Shown: positions 39,045 through 49,357 of the stretch, piece by piece
How the letters are laid out: each line of letters begins with the position of its first letter
How positions within the stretch are numbered: the first letter of the stretch is position 1
Assembly (NCBI GenBank): GCA_016840405.1
Contig: JAEOSK010000007.1
Location: forward strand, 31,256 to 95,255
Source of the DNA: Candidatus Hermodarchaeum yapensis
GTDB taxonomy: Archaea; Asgardarchaeota; Hermodarchaeia; Hermodarchaeales; Hermodarchaeaceae
Direction: 5' to 3'
DNA length: 64,000 nt
The notes under the pieces: model-generated
Database searches by the model: none
The model's input: the letters and a program-made list of their open reading frames with translations, nothing else
What the model was told of the DNA's origin: nothing
Program-made: the position numbers and the translations under genes

Positions 39045-39887
39045 GTGTTTGAGATATTGTCCACAAAAACCATCGCTCCCGACATCTTCGAATTCGAGGT
39101 CAAAGCACCCGAAATTGCTGCTAAAGCTTGTCCAGGTCAATTTCTCATCTATCGTCTGCATGATCGAGGCGAACGCATCCCACTCACTCTAAAAGATTGG
39201 GACGTTGACAAGAGCTCTGTCACTATTGTATTCCAAGTGTTGGGAAAATCGACACTAGAACTTTCCAAACTCCAACCCGGCGATGAAATTAAGGATATCC
39301 TTGGTCCCCTGGGTACAGCTCCCTCTGTAAAAAAGTACGGCACTGTGATTGTAGTTGCAGGAGGATGCGGTGCTGCCCCCTCGCTGCCCCGTGCCCGTCA
39401 ATTAAAAGAAGCGGGGAATTATCTCATCACAATCTTAGGTGCTCGACAAGAAGAGTTGTTGGTATGTGAACTCGAACTCAGTCAAGTGAGTGATGAAATC
39501 TACATCACCACTAATGACGGATCTAAGGGCACACAAGGCTTCGTTACCACTAAACTAAAAGAACTTCTCGAATCAGATCGCCCAATTGATTATGTCTATA
39601 CTGTCGGTCCTCCTATAATGATGAAAAATGTCGCTGCCACAACCAAACCGTTTGGTGTGAAAACTGAATGCAGTCTAAATCCAATTATGGTTGATGGCAC
39701 AGGCATGTGTGGAGCTTGTCGGGTCGAGATTGGTGGGCAAACAAAATTTGCCTGTGTCGACGGCCCAGAATTCGATGCGCACGAAGTGGACTTTAACCTT
39801 CTTATTAAACGCCTTGACACCTATAAAAGCCAAGAGGAACATGCTTCTGAGCATTATAAGCAAATGTGCGCTCACAGCAAATCATAA
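39045..39887 (+). CDS. sudB: NfnA/SudB-type FAD/[2Fe-2S] electron transfer subunit
   Basis: PGQF, GERIPLT, GPLG, GPPIMMK, MVDGTGMCGACRV, CVDGPEFD. Confidence 0.93.
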   Translation: MFEILSTKTIAPDIFEFEVKAPEIAAKACPGQFLIYRLHDRGERIPLTLKDWDVDKSSVTIVFQVLGKSTLELSKLQPGDEIKDILGPLGTAPSVKKYGTVIVVAGGCGAAPSLPRARQLKEAGNYLITILGARQEELLVCELELSQVSDEIYITTNDGSKGTQGFVTTKLKELLESDRPIDYVYTVGPPIMMKNVAATTKPFGVKTECSLNPIMVDGTGMCGACRVEIGGQTKFACVDGPEFDAHEVDFNLLIKRLDTYKSQEEHASEHYKQMCAHSKS

Positions 39888-39974
39888 TTCATTATCCAAC
39901 CCTATCCACTATCCATCAAAATAATTCCATAACTTTTTTCAGCTGTTCTTCTTAGAATCTGACGAGGGTAATTA

Positions 39975-40334
39975 ATGAATTGGGCTTCCTTTGGCAAACG
40001 GCTAGCCATAACTTTGGTAATTTGTCTCATAATTGCCTCTGTTGCCACGTTTCTCGTCTTTCACATCTTGACGCTCTATTCATTTGGGTTTACCCTGCTT
40101 TTCATGAGTGTTATTCTAATCATCTTCGGAATTTGTTTACTTACTCCCTTTGTTGAAGCCACAGCAGCATATCGGTATGCTGTCAATCCACCCCATACTC
40201 GACATACAATGCGTCGCTTTGAAACTCACCGTCAAGAACAAGCTAAAAGTGGTATCGTGATCCTTGCCGCAGGCGGAATCCTTCTTGGCATATCTCTAGT
40301 ATGTTTAGCTCTAATGATTCTCTTGCCAGTATAG
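39975..40334 (+). CDS. Small three-TM membrane protein
   Basis: 119-aa hydrophobic ORF. Confidence 0.65.
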   Translation: MNWASFGKRLAITLVICLIIASVATFLVFHILTLYSFGFTLLFMSVILIIFGICLLTPFVEATAAYRYAVNPPHTRHTMRRFETHRQEQAKSGIVILAAGGILLGISLVCLALMILLPV

Positions 40335-40441
40335 ATTTGGCTCGGTGCGGTTAATTGGATTCTATCGGCTTAAAAACTGCAAGGGGAATGTGTTTTTAAC
40401 CTAAAACCTTTCATGGATATCCTATCGGGTGACGCCCACAA

Positions 40442-40777
40442 ATGGTAACGAAAGACAAAATCCTTGAGGTTCTAGAAGGCGTTCGAGGGCAATTCGAGGA
40501 CCCCGCTACTAAATCCAAATTCAAAGGGTTTGATCGAACACTTCAGTTCCTATTCACCGATCTTAAAACAAGCTTCTATACACGGATTCATGATGAAACT
40601 ATGGATCCCTTTACAGAGGGTGAGTTGGAAAAACCGAATCTTTTAGTCACAACAGATAGTGAAACTCTAGTTGGAATCATGGAGGGGGGGCTCAGTCCAC
40701 TTGATGCTTATTCTGTTGGAAAACTAAAAGCAAAAGGCAGCATGTCGGATCTCATGAAACTCCAAATCTTGATGTAA
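40442..40777 (+). CDS. SCP2 sterol-carrier/lipid-binding domain protein
   Basis: P.L.VTTDSET...I..G.LSP..AY..GKLK.KGS..DLMKL. Confidence 0.85.
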   Translation: MVTKDKILEVLEGVRGQFEDPATKSKFKGFDRTLQFLFTDLKTSFYTRIHDETMDPFTEGELEKPNLLVTTDSETLVGIMEGGLSPLDAYSVGKLKAKGSMSDLMKLQILM

Positions 40778-40804
40778 AACGAATAACATAAAGGATGAAG
40801 GGGA

Positions 40805-41812
40805 ATGCGAGTTCTTATCACAGCATCCTTTCACGAAGAAGGGCTGAAGCTTCTTCGCCAACACGCGACTGTCATACATGAAGATTGGCGAAATACAGGA
40901 CGCGTATTATGGGGTGAAGAGCTTCTTGAAAAGCTGAAAGAAGATGAAGCTGATGCCGCCATTATTGAAGCTGATGCCGCCACCGAGGAAGTCTTTGAAG
41001 GCACCACATTGAAATTCATTGGTTGTGCTCGTGATAGTCCGAAAGAAATCGATGTTGACGCTGCAACTGCTAAGGGCGTTCCTGTCTTCTATGCTCCTGG
41101 TCGAAATGCTGATTCTGTGGCTGATCTTACAATCCTCCTGATGTTAGCTCAAGCACGAAAGCTCATCCAGACGGATCGTCTGCTTAAATCCGGCATAATC
41201 CAAATCGATGATGCAGGAGAGTTTGCCAAACTCCACGAATCGCTAAAAGGAAACGAATTAGGTCGAAGCACTGTTGGAATCATTGGATTAGGGCAAATTG
41301 GCGTTCGTGTGGCAAAAAGACTCCAGGGCTTTGAAACGCGTGTACTCTTCTTTGACCCAAATGTAAGTGCTGTGAAAGGAAAGGAAGTTGGTGCCGAAAA
41401 AGTTGAACTCGAACCGCTAATGCGCCAAGCGGATTTTGTGACACTACACACTCGTGCCACTCCTGAAACCTTTCGTATGATTGGGCAAGAACAACTCTCT
41501 TGGATGAAGCCCACAGCACACCTGATTAACACCGCTCGATCTGCCATTATCGACGAAGATGCCCTCTTCGAAGCACTCCAAGAAGGAAGACTTGCCGGAG
41601 CAGGATTAGACGTGTTCTCACGGGAACCTGTTGACTCAAATAACCGATTCTTGGCATTGGATAATGTAACCGTCACCCCTCATATAGGTGGCAATACAAG
41701 TGATGTAGTTTATCGGCAATCGATGATTTTAGCCGCCGATATTGACCGGTTCTTAAAAGGCGAAATCCCCAAATATCTGGCAAACCCAGAAGTTCTTAAA
41801 TCCTTAAAATGA
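40805..41812 (+). CDS. D-isomer-specific 2-hydroxyacid dehydrogenase (SerA-like)
   Basis: APGRNA.SVA, GIIGLGQIG, LINTAR, GLDVF..EP, TPHIGG. Confidence 0.92.
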   Translation: MRVLITASFHEEGLKLLRQHATVIHEDWRNTGRVLWGEELLEKLKEDEADAAIIEADAATEEVFEGTTLKFIGCARDSPKEIDVDAATAKGVPVFYAPGRNADSVADLTILLMLAQARKLIQTDRLLKSGIIQIDDAGEFAKLHESLKGNELGRSTVGIIGLGQIGVRVAKRLQGFETRVLFFDPNVSAVKGKEVGAEKVELEPLMRQADFVTLHTRATPETFRMIGQEQLSWMKPTAHLINTARSAIIDEDALFEALQEGRLAGAGLDVFSREPVDSNNRFLALDNVTVTPHIGGNTSDVVYRQSMILAADIDRFLKGEIPKYLANPEVLKSLK

Positions 41813-41821
41813 GGGCCCAAA

Positions 41822-43348
41822 ATGCCCAAACGACAACTGCTAACCATCGATTTTGGCACATCTGGGATTAAGTGCATGATGTTTACTCCACAGGGTACGT
41901 CAATCGCAAAACGATTCGTACCAATACAATACGCTGATTCTGAGGGTCTAATGGGCATAGGCAAGGAGTTCGACGCCATAGCTGCATGGAACACAATCAC
42001 AAGACTGATTCGAGAATGCATCAAGGATGCCAAAATTTCACCAAAGGATGTTGTAGCCGTTTCCGCCACTAGTCAACGTCACGGTGCAGTATTTCTCGAC
42101 AAGAAAGGAACGGCCATTTATTCAGGTCCCAACTTGGATGCACGTGGTGTCTTTGTTCAGGATTTTGTAGCGAAAGGACTAGAAGACTCGTGTCCTCCCA
42201 CTGGCTGCTGGCCACCTCTTCTCTATGCTTTGTCTCGTCTTGTTTGGTATAAACAGAATAAACCGGACCTCTATGCGCAAATTCACCACGTACTTTCAAT
42301 CAGTGACTGGATACTCTATCAATTAACTGGGGAAGCTATCACTGACCCCTCACAAGCTTCGAATACTCAATTAATGGATATCATCAAATCACAGTGGTCC
42401 CCAGAAATCCTCGAGATGGCAGAAGTTACAGACGCAATTCTACCTCCAATTCTTGAGCCAGGAAGTTTGGTTGGTAATATCACGTCACAGGCAAGCAAGA
42501 TAACAGGATTGTCAACGAAAACAGTAGTGGGCATTGGTGGTGCAGATACACAATGTGCCATGCTAGGTACCTTAACGACCCAACCTGGCGAAGTCTGCGT
42601 TGTTGGAGGTAACACAGCTCCAATCCAACTTATTTCTGAATCTCCCATCATTGATGAAAGTGGCAAGCTGTGGACCGGACGATATCTGCTTCCTCAACGT
42701 TGGGTGCTTGAAGCAAATACGGGAAAAGCAGGAGCTGTTCTAGCTTGGTTTGTCCAAGATATCGTTCAACCGATTTCTGAAGACTTCAAGGATCCTCAGA
42801 AGGCTTACACGAAAGTTGAGCAACTAGCTGAAAAAGCTGATATCGGCTCCTTAGATACTATCGCTCAACTTGGACCCCAAATCATGGATGCTTCTGATAT
42901 GGCGACTGTGCGTCCAGCATTATTTTTCTTTCCACAACCAGCAAATCCCATTGTCACTCCAATAACCATGAATGAGCTCGCCCGATCACTCTTTGAGAAT
43001 ATCTGCTTTGCGATGCGTGTCAACCTTGAACTTCTTCAAGAGGTTGCTGAGAAAACCTTTGAGTGTTGTACGGTTGCGGGAGGATTGACTCGGAGCCAGT
43101 TATGGCAACAGATGCTTGCTAATGTTACTGGATTAGAAATTCATCGTGGAAGTGAAGTGGAAGCTTCAAGTCTTGGCGCGGCAATATGTGCGGCTACAGC
43201 TGCTGAATTGAACGATTCCCTCTTGGCCTCCGCGGAGAAAATGGTGTCAAAGCAGCCATCACTGAAACCACAAGAAGATAGACAAAAGAGATACGAAACC
43301 TATTTCTCTCGGTGGCAAACGTTGTACAAACAATCCGCTAAGCTATAA
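41822..43348 (+). CDS. FGGY-family carbohydrate kinase
   Basis: IDFGTSGIK, TSQRHG, GGADTQC, AGGLTRS.LWQQMLANV, EASSLGAA. Confidence 0.92.
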   Translation: MPKRQLLTIDFGTSGIKCMMFTPQGTSIAKRFVPIQYADSEGLMGIGKEFDAIAAWNTITRLIRECIKDAKISPKDVVAVSATSQRHGAVFLDKKGTAIYSGPNLDARGVFVQDFVAKGLEDSCPPTGCWPPLLYALSRLVWYKQNKPDLYAQIHHVLSISDWILYQLTGEAITDPSQASNTQLMDIIKSQWSPEILEMAEVTDAILPPILEPGSLVGNITSQASKITGLSTKTVVGIGGADTQCAMLGTLTTQPGEVCVVGGNTAPIQLISESPIIDESGKLWTGRYLLPQRWVLEANTGKAGAVLAWFVQDIVQPISEDFKDPQKAYTKVEQLAEKADIGSLDTIAQLGPQIMDASDMATVRPALFFFPQPANPIVTPITMNELARSLFENICFAMRVNLELLQEVAEKTFECCTVAGGLTRSQLWQQMLANVTGLEIHRGSEVEASSLGAAICAATAAELNDSLLASAEKMVSKQPSLKPQEDRQKRYETYFSRWQTLYKQSAKL

Positions 43349-43379
43349 AGGTAAGATAACTAATGGAGGGCGGATTGAA

Positions 43380-44048
43380 ATGACACCCAAAGCCAATCAA
43401 GAAGCAAAACGTGAAGTGCTAGACGTTTGCCAGGAAATGCAAAGAGTTGCCCTTGTAATAGGCAGTTCAGGGAATGCCAGCTTTCGAATCCCTGATACTG
43501 ATACAATCGCGATAACACCAAGCAGTGTTGACTACGCCTGTATGGATACTAACGATGTGATGATTATCAATCTTGAAGGTGACATTATTGACGGTGACCG
43601 AAATCCATCCACTGAACATCCGCTCCATACAGCCATCTACAAAGCTAGACCCGATGTGAATGCTATCGTGCATACTCATGGTATTTATGCCTCGGCTCTT
43701 GCTGTACTTCAAGAGCCCCTTCCTCCAATTATTGACGAATTTGTCATTAAACTAGGCGGACAGATTGAAGTCGCCAAGTATGGATTACCGGGTAGTGAAG
43801 AACTAGCCACAAATGTTGTCGAAGCTTTGGGACCCCGTAATGGTGTACTTTTGGCAAATCATGGTGGAGTCTGTGTCGGACCATCTATGGATGTAGCGTT
43901 ACATAATGCCCTCCTGCTTGAGCGCGTTGCCCAAATATACCTGCTAGCCTCCGCTGTGGATAAAAAGAAGATCAACCTGCTTCCTGCTGAATCCATTGAA
44001 ATGCAGCACCAGATGTTTGAGATGATGAAACGCGTCAAAAAACGGTGA
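43380..44048 (+). CDS. Class II aldolase/adducin family (FucA-like)
   Basis: GNAS.R, ITPS, PSTE..LH, VHTH, LLANHG. Confidence 0.92.
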   Translation: MTPKANQEAKREVLDVCQEMQRVALVIGSSGNASFRIPDTDTIAITPSSVDYACMDTNDVMIINLEGDIIDGDRNPSTEHPLHTAIYKARPDVNAIVHTHGIYASALAVLQEPLPPIIDEFVIKLGGQIEVAKYGLPGSEELATNVVEALGPRNGVLLANHGGVCVGPSMDVALHNALLLERVAQIYLLASAVDKKKINLLPAESIEMQHQMFEMMKRVKKR

Positions 44049-45895
44049 TCATCATGCCCAATCCCAAGGGGTATATGGGTGAATTCCTTTTTGCTAACCT
44101 GACCAAGGGGACTGCAGAACGGAAACCATTAAACTGGGATTATGCTCGCGATTTCATTGGAGGAGCAGGTTATGCAGCACGACTTCTATACACTCGACTG
44201 ACTGTGGAAACCCTCGATCCATTTCATCCAGACAACGAAGTTGCCATTTTCACAGGACCCCTCACAGCCACAGGTGCTCCATGTACGGGACGTCATGCCA
44301 TTTGCACAAAATCTGCCCTCACCGGTATATGGGGTGAATCCACTGGTGGTGGCTATTTCGGAGCCGAATTACGTCATACGGGATTGGATGGCATTCTCAT
44401 TACTGGGGCTGCCAAAACGCCTGTGCTATTAAACATTGGGGACGACAAAGCAGAGATTGAATCGGCTGATCACCTTTGGGGAATGGATACTTTCGCAACC
44501 GAAGAATACATCAAGAAGGAAACCAACGATTCGAAGGTTCGTATTCTCTCCATCGGACCCGCAGGGGAAAAACTGGTTCGATTTGCAGCCATCATGAATG
44601 ATAAAGGGCGAGCGAGTGCCCGCGCTGGAGCTGGCGCAGTTTTTGGTGCCAAGAAATTAAAGGCAATTACTGTTCGAGGTTCACAGAAATCTGAATTAGC
44701 AGATCCTGAAGCTTTTCGAGAACATGTGAAAATAGCGTTCCAGCTACTAGAGAATTTAGCTCCAATCCTGGGAGCAAAAGGCACCCTCTACGGTGCTGAC
44801 ATGTTGATGAATCTCTTCAATGATATGCCAGTCCGGTACTTCACTAAACCCTCCATGGATATCTCAACAATAAACGCGAATGCTTTAGATGAATATCGAT
44901 CAGGGCAATTCCGCTGTCATTTATGTCCCATAGGTTGTGGTCCAGTGGTCACCATTAGTACAGATGATTTCTCGTTAAATGATGTCGCTGGTCCCGAATA
45001 CGAAACAATTGGCGCCATGGGCACACTTTGTGAAGTAGACAACTTAGCCTTGTTGTGCCAAGCCAACCATCTTTGTAATCTTTTCGGGTTAGACACGATT
45101 TCTTGCGGGAGCGTTATAGCCCTTAGCTTTGCCGCAAATGAACACGGAAAGCTCCCGCAGAATCTCATCGGGTCTTTGAAACTAGATTTCGGTGAGGGGC
45201 GAACACTTCTGCAACTCATCGAAATGATTGCTCATCGTGAAGGGCTTGGTGATATCCTCGCTGAGGGAGTAAAACTCGCTGGAGAAAAATTAGGTATTCC
45301 TGAGCTGGCTATCCACGTGAAAGGGCTAGAGGTTCCCATGCACGATCCACGAGCCTTCTTTGGACTAGCGACTTCTTATGCGGTTTCTCCAATTGGAGCC
45401 CATCACATGCAAGGAGATATCCATACTGTCGATATGGGTGTAGCCATTCCTGACTATGACATCGAACCTGGGGATCGCCATGCCGATGAAGGGCGCGGAA
45501 TTGTCACCGCCAAATTGAGAAACTGGCGAACCATTTTCAATTCGTTAACTCTCTGTCAATTAGCCCTACTCGAACCTTCACTCGTGACTGAATTGTATAA
45601 TACAGCAACTGGATTTACCATCACACCCGATCAACTAATTGAAATCGGTGAACGTACAATGAATCTGAAACGTGCGTTTAATATCCGATGCGGGATAACC
45701 GCCAAGGACGACACAATGCCTCTCGCACTGCTCCAACCGTTTACTAGTGGACCGAATGAAGGAAAAACTCCAAATCTTCAAATGCAATTAAAGGAGTTTT
45801 ATGAATTTAGTCAATGGGATCCCAAGACTGGGAAGCCAACTCGTGAAGTGTTAATCAGGCTTGGATTAGAGGATGTCGCCAAGGATCTCTGGTGA
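44045..45895 (+). CDS. aor: Tungsten-dependent aldehyde:ferredoxin oxidoreductase family
   Basis: IGG.G, ESTGGG.FG.EL, SIGPAGE, C..CPIGC, GPEYET, GLDTIS.G, VKGLE.PMHDPR. Confidence 0.93.
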   Translation: MIIMPNPKGYMGEFLFANLTKGTAERKPLNWDYARDFIGGAGYAARLLYTRLTVETLDPFHPDNEVAIFTGPLTATGAPCTGRHAICTKSALTGIWGESTGGGYFGAELRHTGLDGILITGAAKTPVLLNIGDDKAEIESADHLWGMDTFATEEYIKKETNDSKVRILSIGPAGEKLVRFAAIMNDKGRASARAGAGAVFGAKKLKAITVRGSQKSELADPEAFREHVKIAFQLLENLAPILGAKGTLYGADMLMNLFNDMPVRYFTKPSMDISTINANALDEYRSGQFRCHLCPIGCGPVVTISTDDFSLNDVAGPEYETIGAMGTLCEVDNLALLCQANHLCNLFGLDTISCGSVIALSFAANEHGKLPQNLIGSLKLDFGEGRTLLQLIEMIAHREGLGDILAEGVKLAGEKLGIPELAIHVKGLEVPMHDPRAFFGLATSYAVSPIGAHHMQGDIHTVDMGVAIPDYDIEPGDRHADEGRGIVTAKLRNWRTIFNSLTLCQLALLEPSLVTELYNTATGFTITPDQLIEIGERTMNLKRAFNIRCGITAKDDTMPLALLQPFTSGPNEGKTPNLQMQLKEFYEFSQWDPKTGKPTREVLIRLGLEDVAKDLW

Positions 45896-45943
45896 ACACT
45901 TTTTCACCCAGAATTTGTTCTGAATTAGCGGAACTCTTTAATT

Positions 45944-47428
45944 ATGGTACTTATGCTCCCACGATGTCTGTGTTATTTTCACGAAGGGTTTGACATGGGA
46001 CCAAAACAAGAAAAAGAATCACAGAAGAAAGGCAAACCCCAGCCTTGGTCAATCCAACCACCCAAAATGCCTGAACAAAAACCAAAAACCCGGATTAAGA
46101 ATTTTGATGAAGTAAATTTAGGATATAATGAAGCGCAAATCCTTCAAGAAGCCAACCGTTGTATGGCCTGCAAGAATCCCAAGTGTGTAGCAGGTTGTCC
46201 CGTTGAAATTGATATCAATCGATTCTTAGACGCTGTTCGCAATCAGGATTACCGCACAGCCATTCGGATTATCAAAGAGAAGAATAGTCTACCAGCAATT
46301 TGTGGTCGAGTGTGTCCGCAAGAAGTGCAATGTCAACAAGGATGTATCCTAAGTAAGAAAGGGTATCCTATTGAAATTGGGCGGATTGAACGATTCTTAG
46401 CTGACTGGGAACGCGAACATGGTGTTGAAGTACCCAAACTTCCCAAATCCACAGGTCGTCGAGTTGCCATCGTCGGAAGCGGACCTGCTGGTCTTACTGC
46501 AGCTGGTGATTTGGCATTACTTGGTCATCAGGTTACCGTCTTTGAAAGTCTACACGAACCGGGCGGCGTGTTGATCTACGGGATTCCTGAGTTTCGTCTG
46601 CCCAAGGCTGTTGTCAAAGCTGAAGTTGACTATCTCAAACAACTTGGTGTTGAATTTCAACTCAATGCATTCATCGGACAGTTATACTCACTCGAAGACC
46701 TCTTTACTCAAGGCTTTAATGCCATTCTGCTCGCCTCCGGTGCAGGCCTTCCCCGCTTTCTCAACATTCCCGGAGTCAACCTTGTCGGCACCTACAGTAG
46801 TAACGAGTTCCTCACAAGAGTAAACCTCATGTGTGCCTACCAATTCCCCGATTATGATACACCAATTATCCACGGAAAAACCGTGGCTGTTATAGGAGGC
46901 GGCAACGCCGCCATGGACAGTGCCCGAACCGCGTTACGGCTCGGAGCCAAGAAGGTCTATATCGTTTATCGGCGATCAGAAAATGAGATGCCGGTGCGAC
47001 GTGAAGAATACCACCACGCCAAAGAGGAAGGGGTCACCTTTCAATTTCTTACCCAACCAATCGGAATCCTTGGCGACGATCAAGATCGTGTTAAGACCAT
47101 GCAATGCATTCGCAATTGCCTGGGAGAACCCGATGAAAGTGGTCGCTGCCGACCTGAAGCAATCGAGGGATCTGAATTCGAATTCCCCGTTGACACCGTC
47201 ATTTTTGCCATCGGGGCCTCAGCGAACCCCTCAGTTCCACGTTGCACACCAGAGCTTGAATGCGATAAATGGGGTGATGTTGTCGTCGACCCAGAAAAAC
47301 TTGAAACCTCCATACCGCATGTCTGGGCCGCTGGTGATCTCACTGGAGGCGAAGGCACAGTAATCGCCGCTGCAGGTGAAGGCAAACGTGCTGCACGCAA
47401 CATCCACGATTATCTCATGAAACTCTAG
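45944..47428 (+). CDS. sudA: NfnB/SudA (GltD-like) NADPH-dependent oxidoreductase large subunit
   Basis: RCMAC..P.C..GCP, CGRVCPQE.QC, GSGPAG, YGIPEFRLP, GGGNAAMD; likely start 45995. Confidence 0.93.
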   Translation: MVLMLPRCLCYFHEGFDMGPKQEKESQKKGKPQPWSIQPPKMPEQKPKTRIKNFDEVNLGYNEAQILQEANRCMACKNPKCVAGCPVEIDINRFLDAVRNQDYRTAIRIIKEKNSLPAICGRVCPQEVQCQQGCILSKKGYPIEIGRIERFLADWEREHGVEVPKLPKSTGRRVAIVGSGPAGLTAAGDLALLGHQVTVFESLHEPGGVLIYGIPEFRLPKAVVKAEVDYLKQLGVEFQLNAFIGQLYSLEDLFTQGFNAILLASGAGLPRFLNIPGVNLVGTYSSNEFLTRVNLMCAYQFPDYDTPIIHGKTVAVIGGGNAAMDSARTALRLGAKKVYIVYRRSENEMPVRREEYHHAKEEGVTFQFLTQPIGILGDDQDRVKTMQCIRNCLGEPDESGRCRPEAIEGSEFEFPVDTVIFAIGASANPSVPRCTPELECDKWGDVVVDPEKLETSIPHVWAAGDLTGGEGTVIAAAGEGKRAARNIHDYLMKL

Positions 47429-47471
47429 CTCACCTAGGACTTGCAAATGAGTGATTGAGGTGGCAACCTCT

Positions 47472-49166
47472 TTATTGTGCCGCCACTACGATTTTTAGTC
47501 TGGGTCTACTGGCTGATTCAAGTTGTTCTTCAAGAATCTCTCGCGCAATGTCTAAGGCCACTCTATCATCAAATATTCCTTGACCCTTTTTTCGCGCTAC
47601 TTGGAGGATCTGACGTTGCACCTTGAGTTTCAGGTCGCCAATGGCTAGCGCTCCAATCCCAAAAGTATCCGGAATTAACTCACGAAGATCGTCCATTGGA
47701 TTGAGTGACTCAACTCCACTTGGAGGCACAGCGTTTACATCCACTAGTATTTTGGGTCCTAAAACCGCTTGAAGTTGTGCCAGTGATACTAATTGAACGC
47801 CAGGAGCACCCACTGTAAAAATCAAGGTCACGTCTTCTAAAAGCTCCTGAATATCATCTGGTGTGATTGCTTGAACACCTTCTATTGTATTCTCCTTGGT
47901 TGAAGCTCGATGAGCAACAGCTTTTGCCCGTTCAATTTTACGTGATGTTAGTAGTGTGATAGCTCCACATTTGGAAAGTAGGTGAGCCACACTTTCACCA
48001 ACTGGTCCCGTTCCAGCAAGAACTAAAGCGATTTTTCCTTTGAGCGAACCCAAATCAAGTTGATGTAACGCAGCTTCAGCTTTGGCGACCATTGCTGCAG
48101 AAGTGGAAAAAGCACCATGAGGGTCAACAACTATTGAAGTTTCGAATGGTTTCACCATTGCTTTCTGAATCGTTTCCGCCATCTGACGGGCGATAGGAAC
48201 TTGGCGTCCACCAACGAAGAAACAGGTGTGTTTTACTCCTTTGGTTCCTCGTGAAAAGATAGCATCTTGGACTAAGTCATGAATACGATCGATTGCAACC
48301 CCCACATAGGGAACTACAACATTAAATCCTGCGTCGTACGCTACACAGATGTCAAAAGGGCTAGCGTGGTCATCCGCTTCTAAGAAAAAAAGGATATCAC
48401 TTAATTTCGCTTTTGGGCGCTTAATCACCGGCACAACAGAAATGGAAGATACTCCTGTGAGTTCAGTCATACCTTTGATTTCTTCCCTAGGTGTTTCTGA
48501 GAGAATTTGCTTAAAAGATATGGGTGTCACTTCCACATCTAGGGATTGCAAAAGGTCCATTAAACCTTGGAAATGTCGCGGACTGCTTAGATGTATAGCC
48601 GTGATTCGTTTCTTTTTGAAGCGATCCGCCTGTTTTAGAATTCCCATAGCCATCCAGCTTTCACGAATCCCAAATTGTACTTGTCTAATCTCTTCTTCAA
48701 GTTCGTCATGTAAATACTGTCCATAGGCAACTAGTCGATCAATATTTTCCTGCACATCTGGGGTAATTTTTTCATCCGACAAGACCCTTAGGCCCTCTAA
48801 AACTTCATTACGTCTTTCCAGTTTCAGTTTGATACCCCGAGAGAGATAACTTTGAGCAAAATCATCCATATCAACAGCGTAATAGGGAATCTTTAGTTTC
48901 GCTAAGACATCCGCTATTGGGTTGTCTTCATGAAACTCCTTCATATTCCGCATACCTAATTCATCGGTGGCAAAATCTGGCTGTTCTGATTCGACCACCT
49001 GTTTTATCATGTCACAATAGGCCATTGACGGTCGTTTAATCATAGACATCTTCGAGTCAGACGCTGAAGAGGTGGGAGTGATTTGCCAAGGTTCATCGTA
49101 AGCTTTTCTAATCAAGAAGACCCGCAATTTTTTTTCTTTTAAGGGAGCAAGCTCTAATGTTTTCAT
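47472..49166 (-). CDS. NAD(P)-dependent methylene-H4MPT dehydrogenase (MtdA/B-like) with ~250-aa N-terminal TraB-like domain
   Basis: SPFDICVAYDAG, VQDAIFSRG..G, DPHGAFSTSAAMV, GTGPVG, DVNAVPPSG, GALAIGDLK. Confidence 0.85.
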   Translation of the reverse strand: MKTLELAPLKEKKLRVFLIRKAYDEPWQITPTSSASDSKMSMIKRPSMAYCDMIKQVVESEQPDFATDELGMRNMKEFHEDNPIADVLAKLKIPYYAVDMDDFAQSYLSRGIKLKLERRNEVLEGLRVLSDEKITPDVQENIDRLVAYGQYLHDELEEEIRQVQFGIRESWMAMGILKQADRFKKKRITAIHLSSPRHFQGLMDLLQSLDVEVTPISFKQILSETPREEIKGMTELTGVSSISVVPVIKRPKAKLSDILFFLEADDHASPFDICVAYDAGFNVVVPYVGVAIDRIHDLVQDAIFSRGTKGVKHTCFFVGGRQVPIARQMAETIQKAMVKPFETSIVVDPHGAFSTSAAMVAKAEAALHQLDLGSLKGKIALVLAGTGPVGESVAHLLSKCGAITLLTSRKIERAKAVAHRASTKENTIEGVQAITPDDIQELLEDVTLIFTVGAPGVQLVSLAQLQAVLGPKILVDVNAVPPSGVESLNPMDDLRELIPDTFGIGALAIGDLKLKVQRQILQVARKKGQGIFDDRVALDIAREILEEQLESASRPRLKIVVAAQ

Positions 49167-49245
49167 ATAATCACTTTGCCCTAAAGGGCAATAATAACTT
49201 CTTCACATCAAAGATAAAGACGATGAAAATTAATTTGTAAGGGAA

Positions 49246-49320
49246 TCATGACAACTTTTGTCGTCAATCCTAATACTAATTCTCTGATGGTTAGAGCATG
49301 GATAATTTTTGTTGTCATGA
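49246..49320. promoter_or_regulatory. 10-bp inverted repeat TCATGACAAC...GTTGTCATGA upstream of the mtd fusion
   Basis: Arms at 49246-49255 and 49311-49320; related TTGTC-N9-GACAA at 53999-54017. Confidence 0.5.
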
Positions 49321-49357
49321 ATCGCAAATTAGGCTGAAAGGCTCCATTCTAGCTTTT

